A stretch of DNA of 64,000 bases from Rubripirellula sp. (GTDB lineage: Bacteria > Planctomycetota > Planctomycetia > Pirellulales > Pirellulaceae), in contig OZ244207.1 of NCBI GenBank assembly GCA_965216875.1, positions 5,568,001-5,632,000 on the forward strand, given 5' to 3'. Of this stretch, positions 19,400 through 29,167 are shown piece by piece; within the stretch, counting starts at the first letter, position 1, and each line of letters starts with the position of its first letter. Under the pieces are notes generated by a model. It had not been told where the DNA came from, did not search any database, and saw only the letters and a program-made list of their open reading frames with translations. The position numbers and the translations under genes were made by a program.

Positions 19400-21376
19400 C
19401 TATTCCACCGCGCGGTTGGGCCGATTCCATTTCAACTTGACGGCATAGATACGGTTATCGCTGCCGTACTTTTCGACGCCCAGGGGCTGCATCCACTCCG
19501 TGACGACGACCCAAGTTTCGTCTTGATTCACATCGACAACGCCAAAGTTGCCTAGCCGTGCTCCCTTTTCTTGCGCGATCACGCGTTCGGTTGTTCGCAT
19601 CACACGTAGCGTCTCTGGATCAACTCTCGCGATCATCAATGGGGCCCGATGTCGAAACACGTGATCATTGTCCAAGCCACGACGCGTGTAGACCAAGAAC
19701 AAGCCGTCGCTATGAGTGACCCAATGTTGCTGGGTGTTGTAATTGCCTAGTTCTTCGCCATCGTCAAATCGCCAAACAACGGGATCGGAGTATTCAAGTC
19801 CATCGCGACTGACGCTGACGTAGCCTCGATCATCATTGCGCATGGTTAGGAAATAGCGCCGGTCGAATCGAGTGACCGATGGCTCGTAGAGACCGCGTTT
19901 GACAGGAATCGTCAATTCGTTGCCATGTTCGACGTATTTCAATTCCGCTCCGTCGAACTGGCATCGAACGACCGTCGTGCTGTATTGTTTTCGCTCGGGA
20001 ACTTTGAAATAGATCGGCAACAGAATCGTCCCATCTTGTTCATCGAACCTCTGTACCGATCCGGCTCCCGCATTCTTGAATCTGGCCTCCTGCGGCATTT
20101 CAAGCCGTTTCCATGGAGCCCACGTTTCGGTCTTCGGATCGAAGACGCTGTAAGCCGTCGAGCGGGGTCGAACATGCATCACTTTGTTGTGTTCGTACCA
20201 GACCGTTTGTCCCGTTCCCAGCAAAGTCTTTGATTTTGCGTGCCACTTTGGTGTGAAATCGCAAACCGTGAACTCGTGTCCTTTGTCGTCTGACTGACGA
20301 ACGAAGGACTCAAGTACTTTGAGTGACTGCCAAGACTCGCCGCCGTCATCGCTGAGCGTTTGATTGAGCGAATAGAACACGTCTGAGCCGGACAACAATA
20401 GCGGTTGAGTCGTCATAACGATCTGCGACGCATCGCGCTGGCGAACGACGCCGGCTCGTGCGTGAACCCAACAGCGTTTCCCATCGAATCCCCGTTGGAC
20501 GACTTGTTGATCGATGGAATAGCCCAACGGTCCGCTTGCCCCTCCAAGCGACAGGTAGGCCTGAAAAAAACGATGGCCAAGTGCTCGATAGGCTGCGGTG
20601 CTGAAGTGGACACGATCGCCCTTGTGCCCCAAACCGCTTGAACTCGCAAATGCAGTATGCGGAACCGACCCTGGCGTCTCGCGATGGACTGCGTCAACGA
20701 TCGCTCGCGCGTCGATGCGGTCGTCGTCGCTTTCCTTGCCAGCAGCCTCTTCCCTGCGCTCGACAAACTGCCCCATCTGTCCAATCACAAATGGTAGATC
20801 AGGCGATTGAAACTCGCGTCGCATTCGTGAAATCAAAGTGTGCAGCTTTGACTCGTACTCGGTCGCCAGCAGCGGTTTCGAATCGGATTCCCCTTGATGC
20901 CACAACACACCCTTGAGCGTCCCATCGCGACGTGCGCGGTTCACACGTTTGAGTGCATCGTCGTAGGGGTGGGCTCCCGTCGATTTGTGATAACCGCCCG
21001 GTTGCCAAGAATCGATTGGCGATCCCCCGACAGCACACGGGATTAACCCTACCGTCGCATCTGGAAATGCTTCGACATAGTCTCTTGCGAAGGTACGTCC
21101 AAGGCCGACACCGACCATCTTGGGCTTGTCAAAGTGAACCGGATCGACCGCAGGAACCCATTGCCCCTCCTGATTCAACATCAAGACTCGTTGATCTGGC
21201 TTCGATGCCGCATCATCCAGCCGACCGCGCCCGGCCATATTGGACTGGCCCGCAAGTACGAACAAATGAAAGTTTGATTTGTCACTCGGGATGGGAGACT
21301 GAGCGTTCGCTTCATGAAGTCCCAAAAAGCAAACCATGAAAACGACGATCAATCGAAGTTGCGTATTGAAAAACAC
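19400..21376 (-). CDS. Sialate O-acetylesterase (SASA/CE6-like) fused to a sialidase-like beta-propeller
   Basis: LAGQSNMAGRG, GLIPCAVGG, WHQGESD, DRVHF; Asp-box-like SDDGGESW and SRDGLEY, YEP, RHRAPL. Confidence 0.85.
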   Translation of the reverse strand: MFFNTQLRLIVVFMVCFLGLHEANAQSPIPSDKSNFHLFVLAGQSNMAGRGRLDDAASKPDQRVLMLNQEGQWVPAVDPVHFDKPKMVGVGLGRTFARDYVEAFPDATVGLIPCAVGGSPIDSWQPGGYHKSTGAHPYDDALKRVNRARRDGTLKGVLWHQGESDSKPLLATEYESKLHTLISRMRREFQSPDLPFVIGQMGQFVERREEAAGKESDDDRIDARAIVDAVHRETPGSVPHTAFASSSGLGHKGDRVHFSTAAYRALGHRFFQAYLSLGGASGPLGYSIDQQVVQRGFDGKRCWVHARAGVVRQRDASQIVMTTQPLLLSGSDVFYSLNQTLSDDGGESWQSLKVLESFVRQSDDKGHEFTVCDFTPKWHAKSKTLLGTGQTVWYEHNKVMHVRPRSTAYSVFDPKTETWAPWKRLEMPQEARFKNAGAGSVQRFDEQDGTILLPIYFKVPERKQYSTTVVRCQFDGAELKYVEHGNELTIPVKRGLYEPSVTRFDRRYFLTMRNDDRGYVSVSRDGLEYSDPVVWRFDDGEELGNYNTQQHWVTHSDGLFLVYTRRGLDNDHVFRHRAPLMIARVDPETLRVMRTTERVIAQEKGARLGNFGVVDVNQDETWVVVTEWMQPLGVEKYGSDNRIYAVKLKWNRPNRAVE

Positions 21377-21449
21377 GGCAGGCTCGGTGGTGCTTGGTTA
21401 GAATCGCGGTTGCCCTCAACTAGTGCAATTTGCTTTCCGCGCTGCTGGT

Positions 21450-22652
21450 ATGTTAACGCGTTACGATTCCCATTGCTCATTTCGATGCCTCACAGTACTC
21501 GTGTGGCTGGTCGCGTGCTCGACCGATGCGATTGCAGATGAACCGTCGACGCCACGACGACTCTCCCTGCCCGAGACTCCCTACAACTACAGCAATCTCC
21601 CGCTACCAAAACATGTGCGTGATGTTGCCAACCGATTCGACAACACTCCGGCCGACAATCCGATCACGGACGAAGGTGCGACGCTTGGCCGTGTACTTTT
21701 TTACGACCCGCAACTTTCGGTCAACGGCAAAACGTCCTGTGCATCGTGCCATCGCCAAGAACTAGCGTTCACCGACGATCGGAAGGTGAGCGTTGGATTT
21801 GACGGTCGCAAAGTCGACCGCAACTCGATGAGCTTGGTGAACCTGAGGTACTACCGACGCGGCAAATTCTTCTGGGATGAACGGGCCAACAGTCTCGAAG
21901 AACAAGTCCTCATCCCAATCGAAAACGACATCGAAATGGGGCACGATCTTTCGAAACTCGTGCTGCAACTGCAATCTGACCCGCTCTACCCTCCGCTATT
22001 CCGCGCAGCATTCGGTGATGAAGTCGTCGACAAAAACCGGATGGCAAAGGCACTTGCCCAATTCTTGCGTTCGATCGTTTCGTTTCGATCTCGCTACGAT
22101 GTTGGCCGCGAACAAGTCGCCTCGGTACATGATCCGTTCCCGAACTTCAGCGAAGAAGAAAACTATGGAAAGCAGCAGTTCTTCGGGCGTGGCCGCTGTT
22201 TTGAGTGTCATTTGTCAGATGACTTGCCCGCCGAGAATCCCGAGCGACAATCCGCTTTCTTCTACATTGAAACGCCTGTCGTCAACGGAATTGACAGTGA
22301 TGTCCCAGGCGCCGACCTTGGCACGGCAAAGATTACCAAAAATGATCGCGACCGAGGGCGATTTAAATCGCCATCACTTCGAAATGTCGAAGTGACCGTG
22401 CCCTACATGCACGACGGTCGTTTCATCACGCTTGATTCGGTCGTCGAACATTACAACTGGAGTGTGCGTCCCCACCCGAATTTGGACCCACGACTCGACG
22501 ACTTTGCCGCCAACGGGATGGCGCTTCCGGAAGTTGAAAAGGTCGCATTGACTGCATTTCTATTGACGCTTACCGACCGCGAGTTGCTGCAAGACCCAAG
22601 GTACTCTGATCCGTTTGAAAGCCCGCCAAATCAGCAACCGAATGAAAACTAG
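21450..22652 (+). CDS. Di-heme cytochrome c peroxidase family (MauG/MbnH-like)
   Basis: LGRVLFYDPQLS, CASCH, FFWDERA, CFECH, FKSPSLRNV..PYMHDG. Confidence 0.9.
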   Translation: MLTRYDSHCSFRCLTVLVWLVACSTDAIADEPSTPRRLSLPETPYNYSNLPLPKHVRDVANRFDNTPADNPITDEGATLGRVLFYDPQLSVNGKTSCASCHRQELAFTDDRKVSVGFDGRKVDRNSMSLVNLRYYRRGKFFWDERANSLEEQVLIPIENDIEMGHDLSKLVLQLQSDPLYPPLFRAAFGDEVVDKNRMAKALAQFLRSIVSFRSRYDVGREQVASVHDPFPNFSEEENYGKQQFFGRGRCFECHLSDDLPAENPERQSAFFYIETPVVNGIDSDVPGADLGTAKITKNDRDRGRFKSPSLRNVEVTVPYMHDGRFITLDSVVEHYNWSVRPHPNLDPRLDDFAANGMALPEVEKVALTAFLLTLTDRELLQDPRYSDPFESPPNQQPNEN

Positions 22653-23920
22653 CGATTGGTCTTGCGCTGCCTGGCATATTTCAAATTCGGCATTCCTTTT
22701 TTGAATGCCTCAAACGCCTCTTCGCTCACCTTCGTGTCGCGCAAGTTCATTGACATCAGTTTCTCCAGCCCTGTGAGATGCTCGAGGCCAGCGTCGCTTA
22801 TGTCGCAATCGTAGACGTACAACGACCTCAACTCAGCACACTGCCCTATCGCTCGCATCGCCTCGTCATCAATTGAAAGACCACTCAGCATCAAACTCCG
22901 AATGTTTGACCCAGCGAGGGGATCGAAGGCCTTTGAAGTCAAGTCTGGTGAAGATCGAAGATTCAAACTAATGACCGATGCCTTTGACGACTTGACCCAT
23001 TGCAGACTTGAATCATCAGCCGATTGCATCGAGAGGTTAAGGGAAGCCATCTTCAGTTGACCAAGCGCGTCAACGATTTCGGGCCTTGCGACAATCCGAC
23101 TCAGCCCCAGCGATCGCAGCTCGATGCTGCCCAACACGTCCAAGTCTTGGCGGGTGACCTCACGCGACATCGTGAACGCCTGCAACCCTTCCACGTCTGC
23201 CAACCGCCTTAGCCCGAAGGGGCTCACGTTTTCACCATCGATCGAGAGGGTGTTGAGCCCGGGCAACTCGGCCAACTTTCCCATTCCTGAATCACCGATC
23301 GAAGTCCGTATGATCGACAACGAATGCAAGGACTTGGCATTCTTCAGTCGATCAAGACTCTTGTCGGTAACCGACCCACCCATTAACCCAACCGAATTGA
23401 CCGCCGGAAGGTGCTGGATGAGTGAACAATGCTTGTCACGATAGATTCCGTGAACCGATCGGACTTGATCCTTATACAGATGCACGTGCACACCGGCGGA
23501 CTGTAATTCGCGGACCGCACGATCACGTTTTGTCTCGCGAAGGGCAAAGACTCGCTCTTTCGCTAACTTAGCCCCCGCTCCATCTGTGTCAGAAGCAATC
23601 CGATCAAGTGCATCAAGAGCCGACTCTCTTGAAGCGGGGTTTTGCGCCATCGCCGCGAGGATTTCGACACATCGTTCGACTTGTTCCGGACCGCCTCGTT
23701 TGGCCGTCGCTTCGACCAACGTGATGGCATAGCCACCTTCGCGAATCAAGGCTTCCGCCGCACGTTGACGCTTCGCGAAGCTTCGGCTTCGAAGGTCATC
23801 GATCGCCTGCTCGACGACATCCGTAACGGGCACCACTTCCTGCGCGGAAACGCAGTAACAAGTGGTCACCAGCAACAACGCTGCTAGTGTGGCACGAGAG
23901 TACGCGACGAGTGTGACCAT
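22649..23920 (-). CDS. Exported leucine-rich-repeat protein with N-terminal HEAT-like region
   Basis: Signal peptide; repeats such as LHSLSIIRTSIGDSGMGKL, LRSLYVYDCDISDAGLEHL, LMSMNLRDTKVS. Confidence 0.85.
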   Translation of the reverse strand: MVTLVAYSRATLAALLLVTTCYCVSAQEVVPVTDVVEQAIDDLRSRSFAKRQRAAEALIREGGYAITLVEATAKRGGPEQVERCVEILAAMAQNPASRESALDALDRIASDTDGAGAKLAKERVFALRETKRDRAVRELQSAGVHVHLYKDQVRSVHGIYRDKHCSLIQHLPAVNSVGLMGGSVTDKSLDRLKNAKSLHSLSIIRTSIGDSGMGKLAELPGLNTLSIDGENVSPFGLRRLADVEGLQAFTMSREVTRQDLDVLGSIELRSLGLSRIVARPEIVDALGQLKMASLNLSMQSADDSSLQWVKSSKASVISLNLRSSPDLTSKAFDPLAGSNIRSLMLSGLSIDDEAMRAIGQCAELRSLYVYDCDISDAGLEHLTGLEKLMSMNLRDTKVSEEAFEAFKKGMPNLKYARQRKTNR

Positions 23921-24028
23921 CGAAATCAGCTGAATAGGTGAGACATCGATCCATAGCCCAACACAACATTAAAGCAATTCGGCCTCTCTTATTGAAAAGA
24001 AAAACCAGTGCATTGGTCGATTTCTCGC

Positions 24029-25288
24029 CTACTTCCGCTCGCGAACGACATATCCAAACGATTCTTTCGCACACACCACGATGTCGCTTCCTTGTTCAAT
24101 CACGCCAGATTGTGATTTGGCCGCATATTCCACCCCTTTTACCTCGATCGTGCCGTACGGGTCGAGCACCGTTTTGCTTGTACCAGGAGCACCGAGCAGG
24201 GATGTTTCGACCGCCGACGATTTGACCTTCTTCCCGCCCGCTTTCTTTTTGTTCCCGCAATCACAGCAGTCGCAGGGGACATCGCACGGGCAATACGTTA
24301 TGTCACAGAACTGACCACATTCAGCACCAGAACAGCAAAGGTCGCACGCACAATCGCAACCTCCACAATCACAGTCCCCTGCCCTTGCCGCTTGCAGCTG
24401 TCTGCGTCGCCACGGACTTGCGATGGGTCCTTTTGCTCGCTTGGAACGATTGACCTCGCACGCCGATTCAACATTTCCAGACCGCGCTGCCGAAAGGAAC
24501 CCGATGCGATGCAGCAAAACCGAAGCTGCGATCGACTCGTCCTTGCACCGGTCGGACAACCGCCAACCTGCTTCGACAAGCTGGCGGATTGCATATGAGT
24601 AGTAGTGCGGAATGACCGACTCTTCGGCGATCGGATTGTAGTGGCCACGACGCTGATCCATCTTCCAATCATGGGCGCAGTCGGACGCGATCAGGGCAGC
24701 GCCAACGCGCTCGCCAATGGTTCGCAACAAGTCTTGCTCGTCTGGGGAACCCATCTGCTTGGCGAACAACGCAAAGACCAACCCAAACGCCCTCGCAGTT
24801 GGTTGAGTGTACTGTTCGACCGAGTGCCGCTCCGCGGTCGACTCCAGTGCGGCATGTTCCGTCAAGCACTTCCCCAAATCGATTTCAAAATCAGGGTCGT
24901 AAGCACGAAAGCTCGCTTTCATCTTTTTTGTTTGACGGCGCATGGCCAGTCGGGCACTCCACGCAAGCAGCGAACCGGAGTCCTGGACATCATCATCAAG
25001 CTTGGTCTTGGCAAGCAGCATCGCAAAGTTGCCAGCGAACTCGGCCGCTGTCGATTCTTTGGCGCTCCAATCGTGCAACCGGACACCGCGCGTGCGACAG
25101 CATTTCGGGTCGCTTTCACGTGGGGCGGGGACGAGCTTCAAATCGATGCCGGCGCAATACAAAAAGACAGCTTCGTAGCTGACGAAGACAAGCGATCGCA
25201 GACCGAACCGGCTGCGTTGCAGACTGCAACAGCGCGCATAGGCCTGCCGATACTCTCGATGCGAAGGTGGCTTCAGAAACCCAAACAT
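24029..25288 (-). CDS. DUF5685-like protein with Cys-rich linker and C-terminal NfeD-like OB domain
   Basis: Starts MFGFLKP..YRQAYARCC..SYEAVFL; KLDDDVQD; DCAHDWKMDQRRGHYNPI; C-terminal GAPGTSKTVLDPYGTIEVKGVEYAAKSQSGVIEQGSDIVV. Confidence 0.72.
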   Translation of the reverse strand: MFGFLKPPSHREYRQAYARCCSLQRSRFGLRSLVFVSYEAVFLYCAGIDLKLVPAPRESDPKCCRTRGVRLHDWSAKESTAAEFAGNFAMLLAKTKLDDDVQDSGSLLAWSARLAMRRQTKKMKASFRAYDPDFEIDLGKCLTEHAALESTAERHSVEQYTQPTARAFGLVFALFAKQMGSPDEQDLLRTIGERVGAALIASDCAHDWKMDQRRGHYNPIAEESVIPHYYSYAIRQLVEAGWRLSDRCKDESIAASVLLHRIGFLSAARSGNVESACEVNRSKRAKGPIASPWRRRQLQAARAGDCDCGGCDCACDLCCSGAECGQFCDITYCPCDVPCDCCDCGNKKKAGGKKVKSSAVETSLLGAPGTSKTVLDPYGTIEVKGVEYAAKSQSGVIEQGSDIVVCAKESFGYVVRERK

Positions 25289-25734
25289 AACGCTCCGTCT
25301 TGCTTTCTTTCTTAATGCGACGCGTGCTTCGTGCGGTTGCATGCTCTCGATGCCGTACAGTTGTCGCGCTGAAATGCATTGTGTTCCAGCAGCATCCGGT
25401 ACATGCAACGATCAAGACTAGCCGTGCCCGCCTCGCCTGTTTGTGCACGCAAACTGCTAGGCTCGATTCCCTCAGCAAGTGTGCCCATCGCCCCCCACAA
25501 GCAGCGACGAGCATCAAATTACCAAAACGTCTGTGCGGCAGCCACACTCCGAGCCGTGTGGAGGGCGCGAAACTCGAGCGGCATCGCGGTGTTTAAGAAA
25601 ACTCCGTCGCCCGCAATCGCGCGCGGCCAGCACTTAAACAAGATGCACCAGCGTCACGACGGCGAGTACCATGACAAGCGTGAACACAACGCGTTTTGGT
25701 AACTGCGGAAAAGACGACTGAAAAAGGTAGAACC

Positions 25735-26910
25735 ATGAAACACCCACGTCTCACGCGTCCGACCGCGTTCCTACTTCGCTCATTGCTCTTAGTTGCTGCC
25801 GCGATCGGTTACCAGGGCTCAGCGCCAGGCGAGGATTCTTCGTTCATCAAGTTGCAAGAAATTGAGGGTCGCACTTGGCTGGTCGACTCCAAGGGAAAAC
25901 CCTTCTTCGCGCATGGCATCACGCACTCAAGCAACAACCGCGCAGCGTTTGGGTTTACCGAATTCTCAACCGCTTGCAAACGTCTTGGGTTCAACGCATA
26001 TGGCTACGGTTGCCCGCCGCAATTGCGAGGCGACATGCCCTACATCGAAAGCTGGAATCACCTCGTTCCGATTTCAACCTATCGCGGCAAAAAGGGCGTG
26101 AAGTTTGTCGACGTCTTCGCCCCGAAAGTGCAAGCCAAACTTGAAGCAGGAGTGAAAGCCAACTGCGCACGCAATCGCAACAGCCATCACAACGTGATCG
26201 GCTACTGCTGGACGGACCTGGGCGCTTGGCCACTGGAAAACCCACTGGGCACAAACTGGGTCGATTTCATCCGCGACCTTCCGGATAACGCCCCTGGCAA
26301 AGCAGCCTACGACGCATTTCTGAAGACGTGGGATGGCGAAGATGAGACGGCGCGTGACCAAGCGTTCCTACGCCTCATTGCCCGTGAGTACTTTCGCGTG
26401 GTTGGCCGGGCCAATCGCAAGTATGCGCCCAATCACTTGATCTTTGGTGATCGCTTCGCATTCAACACACTCGATGACGACGTGATCAAGGAAATGCTTC
26501 CCTACGTCGACGCGATCGCGATTCAGCCACCGTTTTGGGGAAGTTTTCCAAAGCAAAAACTTGACGCGGTCCACAAGCTCACCGGCAAGCCGATTCTCCT
26601 TTGCGACTTTGCCATTCGCTTCAAAGATGGTGACGATGTCCGCATGTGGAAGATCTCCGACGACTCGGTCGCCGCCGGCGACGCCTACAGCGACTATGTC
26701 AAAGCAGCACTCCAAACCGACTATGTCATCGGTGTCTTCTGGTGCAACCCCGTCGATACACCGAAAGGATTTGGCAAACAGGAAGTCAAACAAGGTTTCT
26801 TTGGCGACGGCCTCAGCGTTCGCCCCGGTCTCCACGAAGCCGTTCGCAAGCTCAACGTCCACCGCGAAAGAATGACGCCAGAAAAGCTCACTTCCGAACC
26901 TGGAGCTTAG
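25735..26910 (+). CDS. Exported glycoside hydrolase, beta-agarase (GH50)-like TIM barrel
   Basis: GRTWLVDSKGKPFFAHGI, VIGYCWTD, YAPNHLIFGDRF, GKPILLCDF; family assignment by resemblance only. Confidence 0.6.
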   Translation: MKHPRLTRPTAFLLRSLLLVAAAIGYQGSAPGEDSSFIKLQEIEGRTWLVDSKGKPFFAHGITHSSNNRAAFGFTEFSTACKRLGFNAYGYGCPPQLRGDMPYIESWNHLVPISTYRGKKGVKFVDVFAPKVQAKLEAGVKANCARNRNSHHNVIGYCWTDLGAWPLENPLGTNWVDFIRDLPDNAPGKAAYDAFLKTWDGEDETARDQAFLRLIAREYFRVVGRANRKYAPNHLIFGDRFAFNTLDDDVIKEMLPYVDAIAIQPPFWGSFPKQKLDAVHKLTGKPILLCDFAIRFKDGDDVRMWKISDDSVAAGDAYSDYVKAALQTDYVIGVFWCNPVDTPKGFGKQEVKQGFFGDGLSVRPGLHEAVRKLNVHRERMTPEKLTSEPGA

Positions 26911-26970
26911 TTGTTCCACCCGAGGACCTGGTGCACAACACCGAGCGACGACTCGATGAGGAACGCAACG

Positions 26971-28386
26971 ATGAAACGCCGCAGTTTCAACAAAACACTA
27001 ATCGCATCCTTGCTTGCACAGGGTCTACTTGGAAGCAAGGTTGGCTTGAGCGACGAAGCGTCCATCGAGCTCGATCGTTTCGGCGGGTGGAAGGGTAAAA
27101 CCTTTGCAGCATCAGGTGCGTTTCGCACGGAACATGACGGTGAGCGTTGGTGGATGGTCACGCCCGAAGGCAACGCGTTCCTAAGCTTCGGAATCAATCA
27201 CCTGCATTCCGATCTATGGCGGCAAGAATTCAGCCGCGAAGCGTGGAGCGAGAAACTCGGGGTCGAGGACTTCGATGATTGGCCCAAGTTCAACGCGGGA
27301 TTGAGGACTTGGTTCTTGGACACCTGCGAAGAGTGGGGTTTCAACACCGCCGGCGTTCACAACTCGCTCAACGTCATCAACAAACCGACGCCGGCGATCG
27401 CCTACATGCAACCGATCAAGTTCGTCGACATCCCTCACTGGAAAAAGGAGGTTCCCGATTCCAATTTCCTCGACGTCTTCTCGGACGAATTCGCCTCTCA
27501 CTGCGACCGGCTCGCCAAAGCAGCGGCGGCTCCCGAAGATCCGTTCCTGCTCGGATACACAATGACCGATTGCCCTCTGCTGACCGAAGAAGATTGTCGT
27601 GAACGGACCGATGTGATTGGCGGCGCTCGCCGCGCTTCTCGAATCGGTTGGCCTCGCCGGCTGCGCAATCTTGGCGCTCAAGCGGCTGGCAAGCGGGCAT
27701 ACGTCAACTCCATGCGAGAGGTTTACCGCGATGACATTGACGGTTTCAACGCAACCTATGGAACCACATTCGATTCCTTTGACGCGCTGGCCTCAGCAAA
27801 CAATTGGCGTGTCGGCACTCAACTTTCCAATGCAAATGAAACTCGCGACAACGTCGTTTTTCTCAAACAAGTTGTCGACAAGTATTACCAGTCGGCTCAC
27901 GACGCGATTCGCCGCTACGACCCAAACCATCTGTTCCTAGGCGACAAGATCAACGCCAACACCGACACAATGGACACCGTCCTGCCGGTCACCGCCAAAT
28001 ACACCGATGTCGTGCTTTACCAGATGTACGGTCGCTACGAGGTCCAAAAACCGGGTCTCGATCGATGGTCGAAGCTCACCGATCAACCCTTCATCAACGG
28101 CGACTCGGCGTTCACGATGGTCACCCCCTTCATGCCGCGTCCCTACGGCCCCGTTGCTGATAACCTTCAGCAACGTGCCGAGTGGACTGCGGAGTTTTTT
28201 CTGCGTGCCTTTGCAAGAACAGACTTTGTCGGCTGGCACTACTGTGGGTTGATCGATGCCAACCAAAAAGTCCCGCGCAAACAAGCTCGCCAACACTCCG
28301 GCATGCTCAACGAGTTTGGCGAGCCTTACCCGGAACTGCTCAAAGTCATCAAAAACTGCTCCGCCAACCTATACAAAGGAAAGTAG
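26971..28386 (+). CDS. Tat-exported glycoside hydrolase, beta-agarase (GH50)-like; paralogue
   Basis: MKRRSF twin-arginine signal; LDRFGGW..GAFRTEHDGERWWMVTPEGNAFLSFGIN, DPFLLGY, IRRYDPNHLFLG, VGWHY. Confidence 0.68.
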   Translation: MKRRSFNKTLIASLLAQGLLGSKVGLSDEASIELDRFGGWKGKTFAASGAFRTEHDGERWWMVTPEGNAFLSFGINHLHSDLWRQEFSREAWSEKLGVEDFDDWPKFNAGLRTWFLDTCEEWGFNTAGVHNSLNVINKPTPAIAYMQPIKFVDIPHWKKEVPDSNFLDVFSDEFASHCDRLAKAAAAPEDPFLLGYTMTDCPLLTEEDCRERTDVIGGARRASRIGWPRRLRNLGAQAAGKRAYVNSMREVYRDDIDGFNATYGTTFDSFDALASANNWRVGTQLSNANETRDNVVFLKQVVDKYYQSAHDAIRRYDPNHLFLGDKINANTDTMDTVLPVTAKYTDVVLYQMYGRYEVQKPGLDRWSKLTDQPFINGDSAFTMVTPFMPRPYGPVADNLQQRAEWTAEFFLRAFARTDFVGWHYCGLIDANQKVPRKQARQHSGMLNEFGEPYPELLKVIKNCSANLYKGK

Positions 28387-28454
28387 GGTGTGTGCTTGCA
28401 CGCACCGAATCAACCTTCCACCAGATCATTGGTGCGTGCAAGCACACACCCTAC
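28383..28454. repeat. REPIN: perfect inverted pair of GTAGGGTG REPs
   Basis: GTAGGGTGTGTGCTTGCACGCACC (28383-28406) and its exact reverse complement (28431-28454). Confidence 0.85.
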
Positions 28455-28480
28455 GCAAGAGCGTGGCCCGACCTCTGGCG

Positions 28481-29029
28481 CTAGATCTTGCCGTCGAGAC
28501 CCATTTGGTAGTACTTGTGGGTGATTTTGTCTTGGTTTTCGAGCAACCAATCGATCGAGGGTTCGTTGTTCATCGCCTTGTGAATAGCTTGGGCCATCGC
28601 TTTGCGGTGAATCTCGAACAGTGCCTTGTGATCAAGGTTGTCATCGGTCGCGACGCCGGGGTTGAGCCAAACGCTGCAGATGATCCCCAGGTCATTGACC
28701 TTGTGCTTAGGCAAGTCGCCAGCGCGAACGGCGTCCAAGACTCCGTTGGCAATCGCTGCCTGCACGGTGCCCATCAAGATATTGGTGTAGCGTGTGTTCT
28801 TGACCGTGACTTTACTGACGCAAAGAGTCACGGGGCGAACCTGAATGTCGGTGTTCAAGATCGCGAACACTTTCGAGTGGCCAGCTGACTGGTCACCAGT
28901 CAACGTTGCCAGCGCCGTACCGACAGGACCGTCAAGTTCACCGATCACGACTTCGGGTTCGGCGGCTGTAAAGGGAGGCCCCCCTGCGACGAGCGATTCG
29001 CCCGTACGCATGATGATTCGATCAGACAT
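28481..29029 (-). CDS. fae: Formaldehyde-activating enzyme (H4MPT-dependent) homologue
   Basis: GESLV, GPVGTALA, GHSKVFAILN, VRPVTLCVSKVTVK, GTVQAAIANGVLDAV, AIHKAMNNEPSIDWLLE. Confidence 0.88.
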   Translation of the reverse strand: MSDRIIMRTGESLVAGGPPFTAAEPEVVIGELDGPVGTALATLTGDQSAGHSKVFAILNTDIQVRPVTLCVSKVTVKNTRYTNILMGTVQAAIANGVLDAVRAGDLPKHKVNDLGIICSVWLNPGVATDDNLDHKALFEIHRKAMAQAIHKAMNNEPSIDWLLENQDKITHKYYQMGLDGKI

Positions 29030-29167
29030 ATTGCGTGATTCCTAAAGTGATTCGTAGAGAAGGCCGCAAGCCTACCGAGAGACGAATGACCTTGCAATCA
29101 CGCAAACGTCTGAGCTTTCAGGCCGCCCGGAAGCATCGCCGATGGCCATGGAACGAACCGACGAAGC

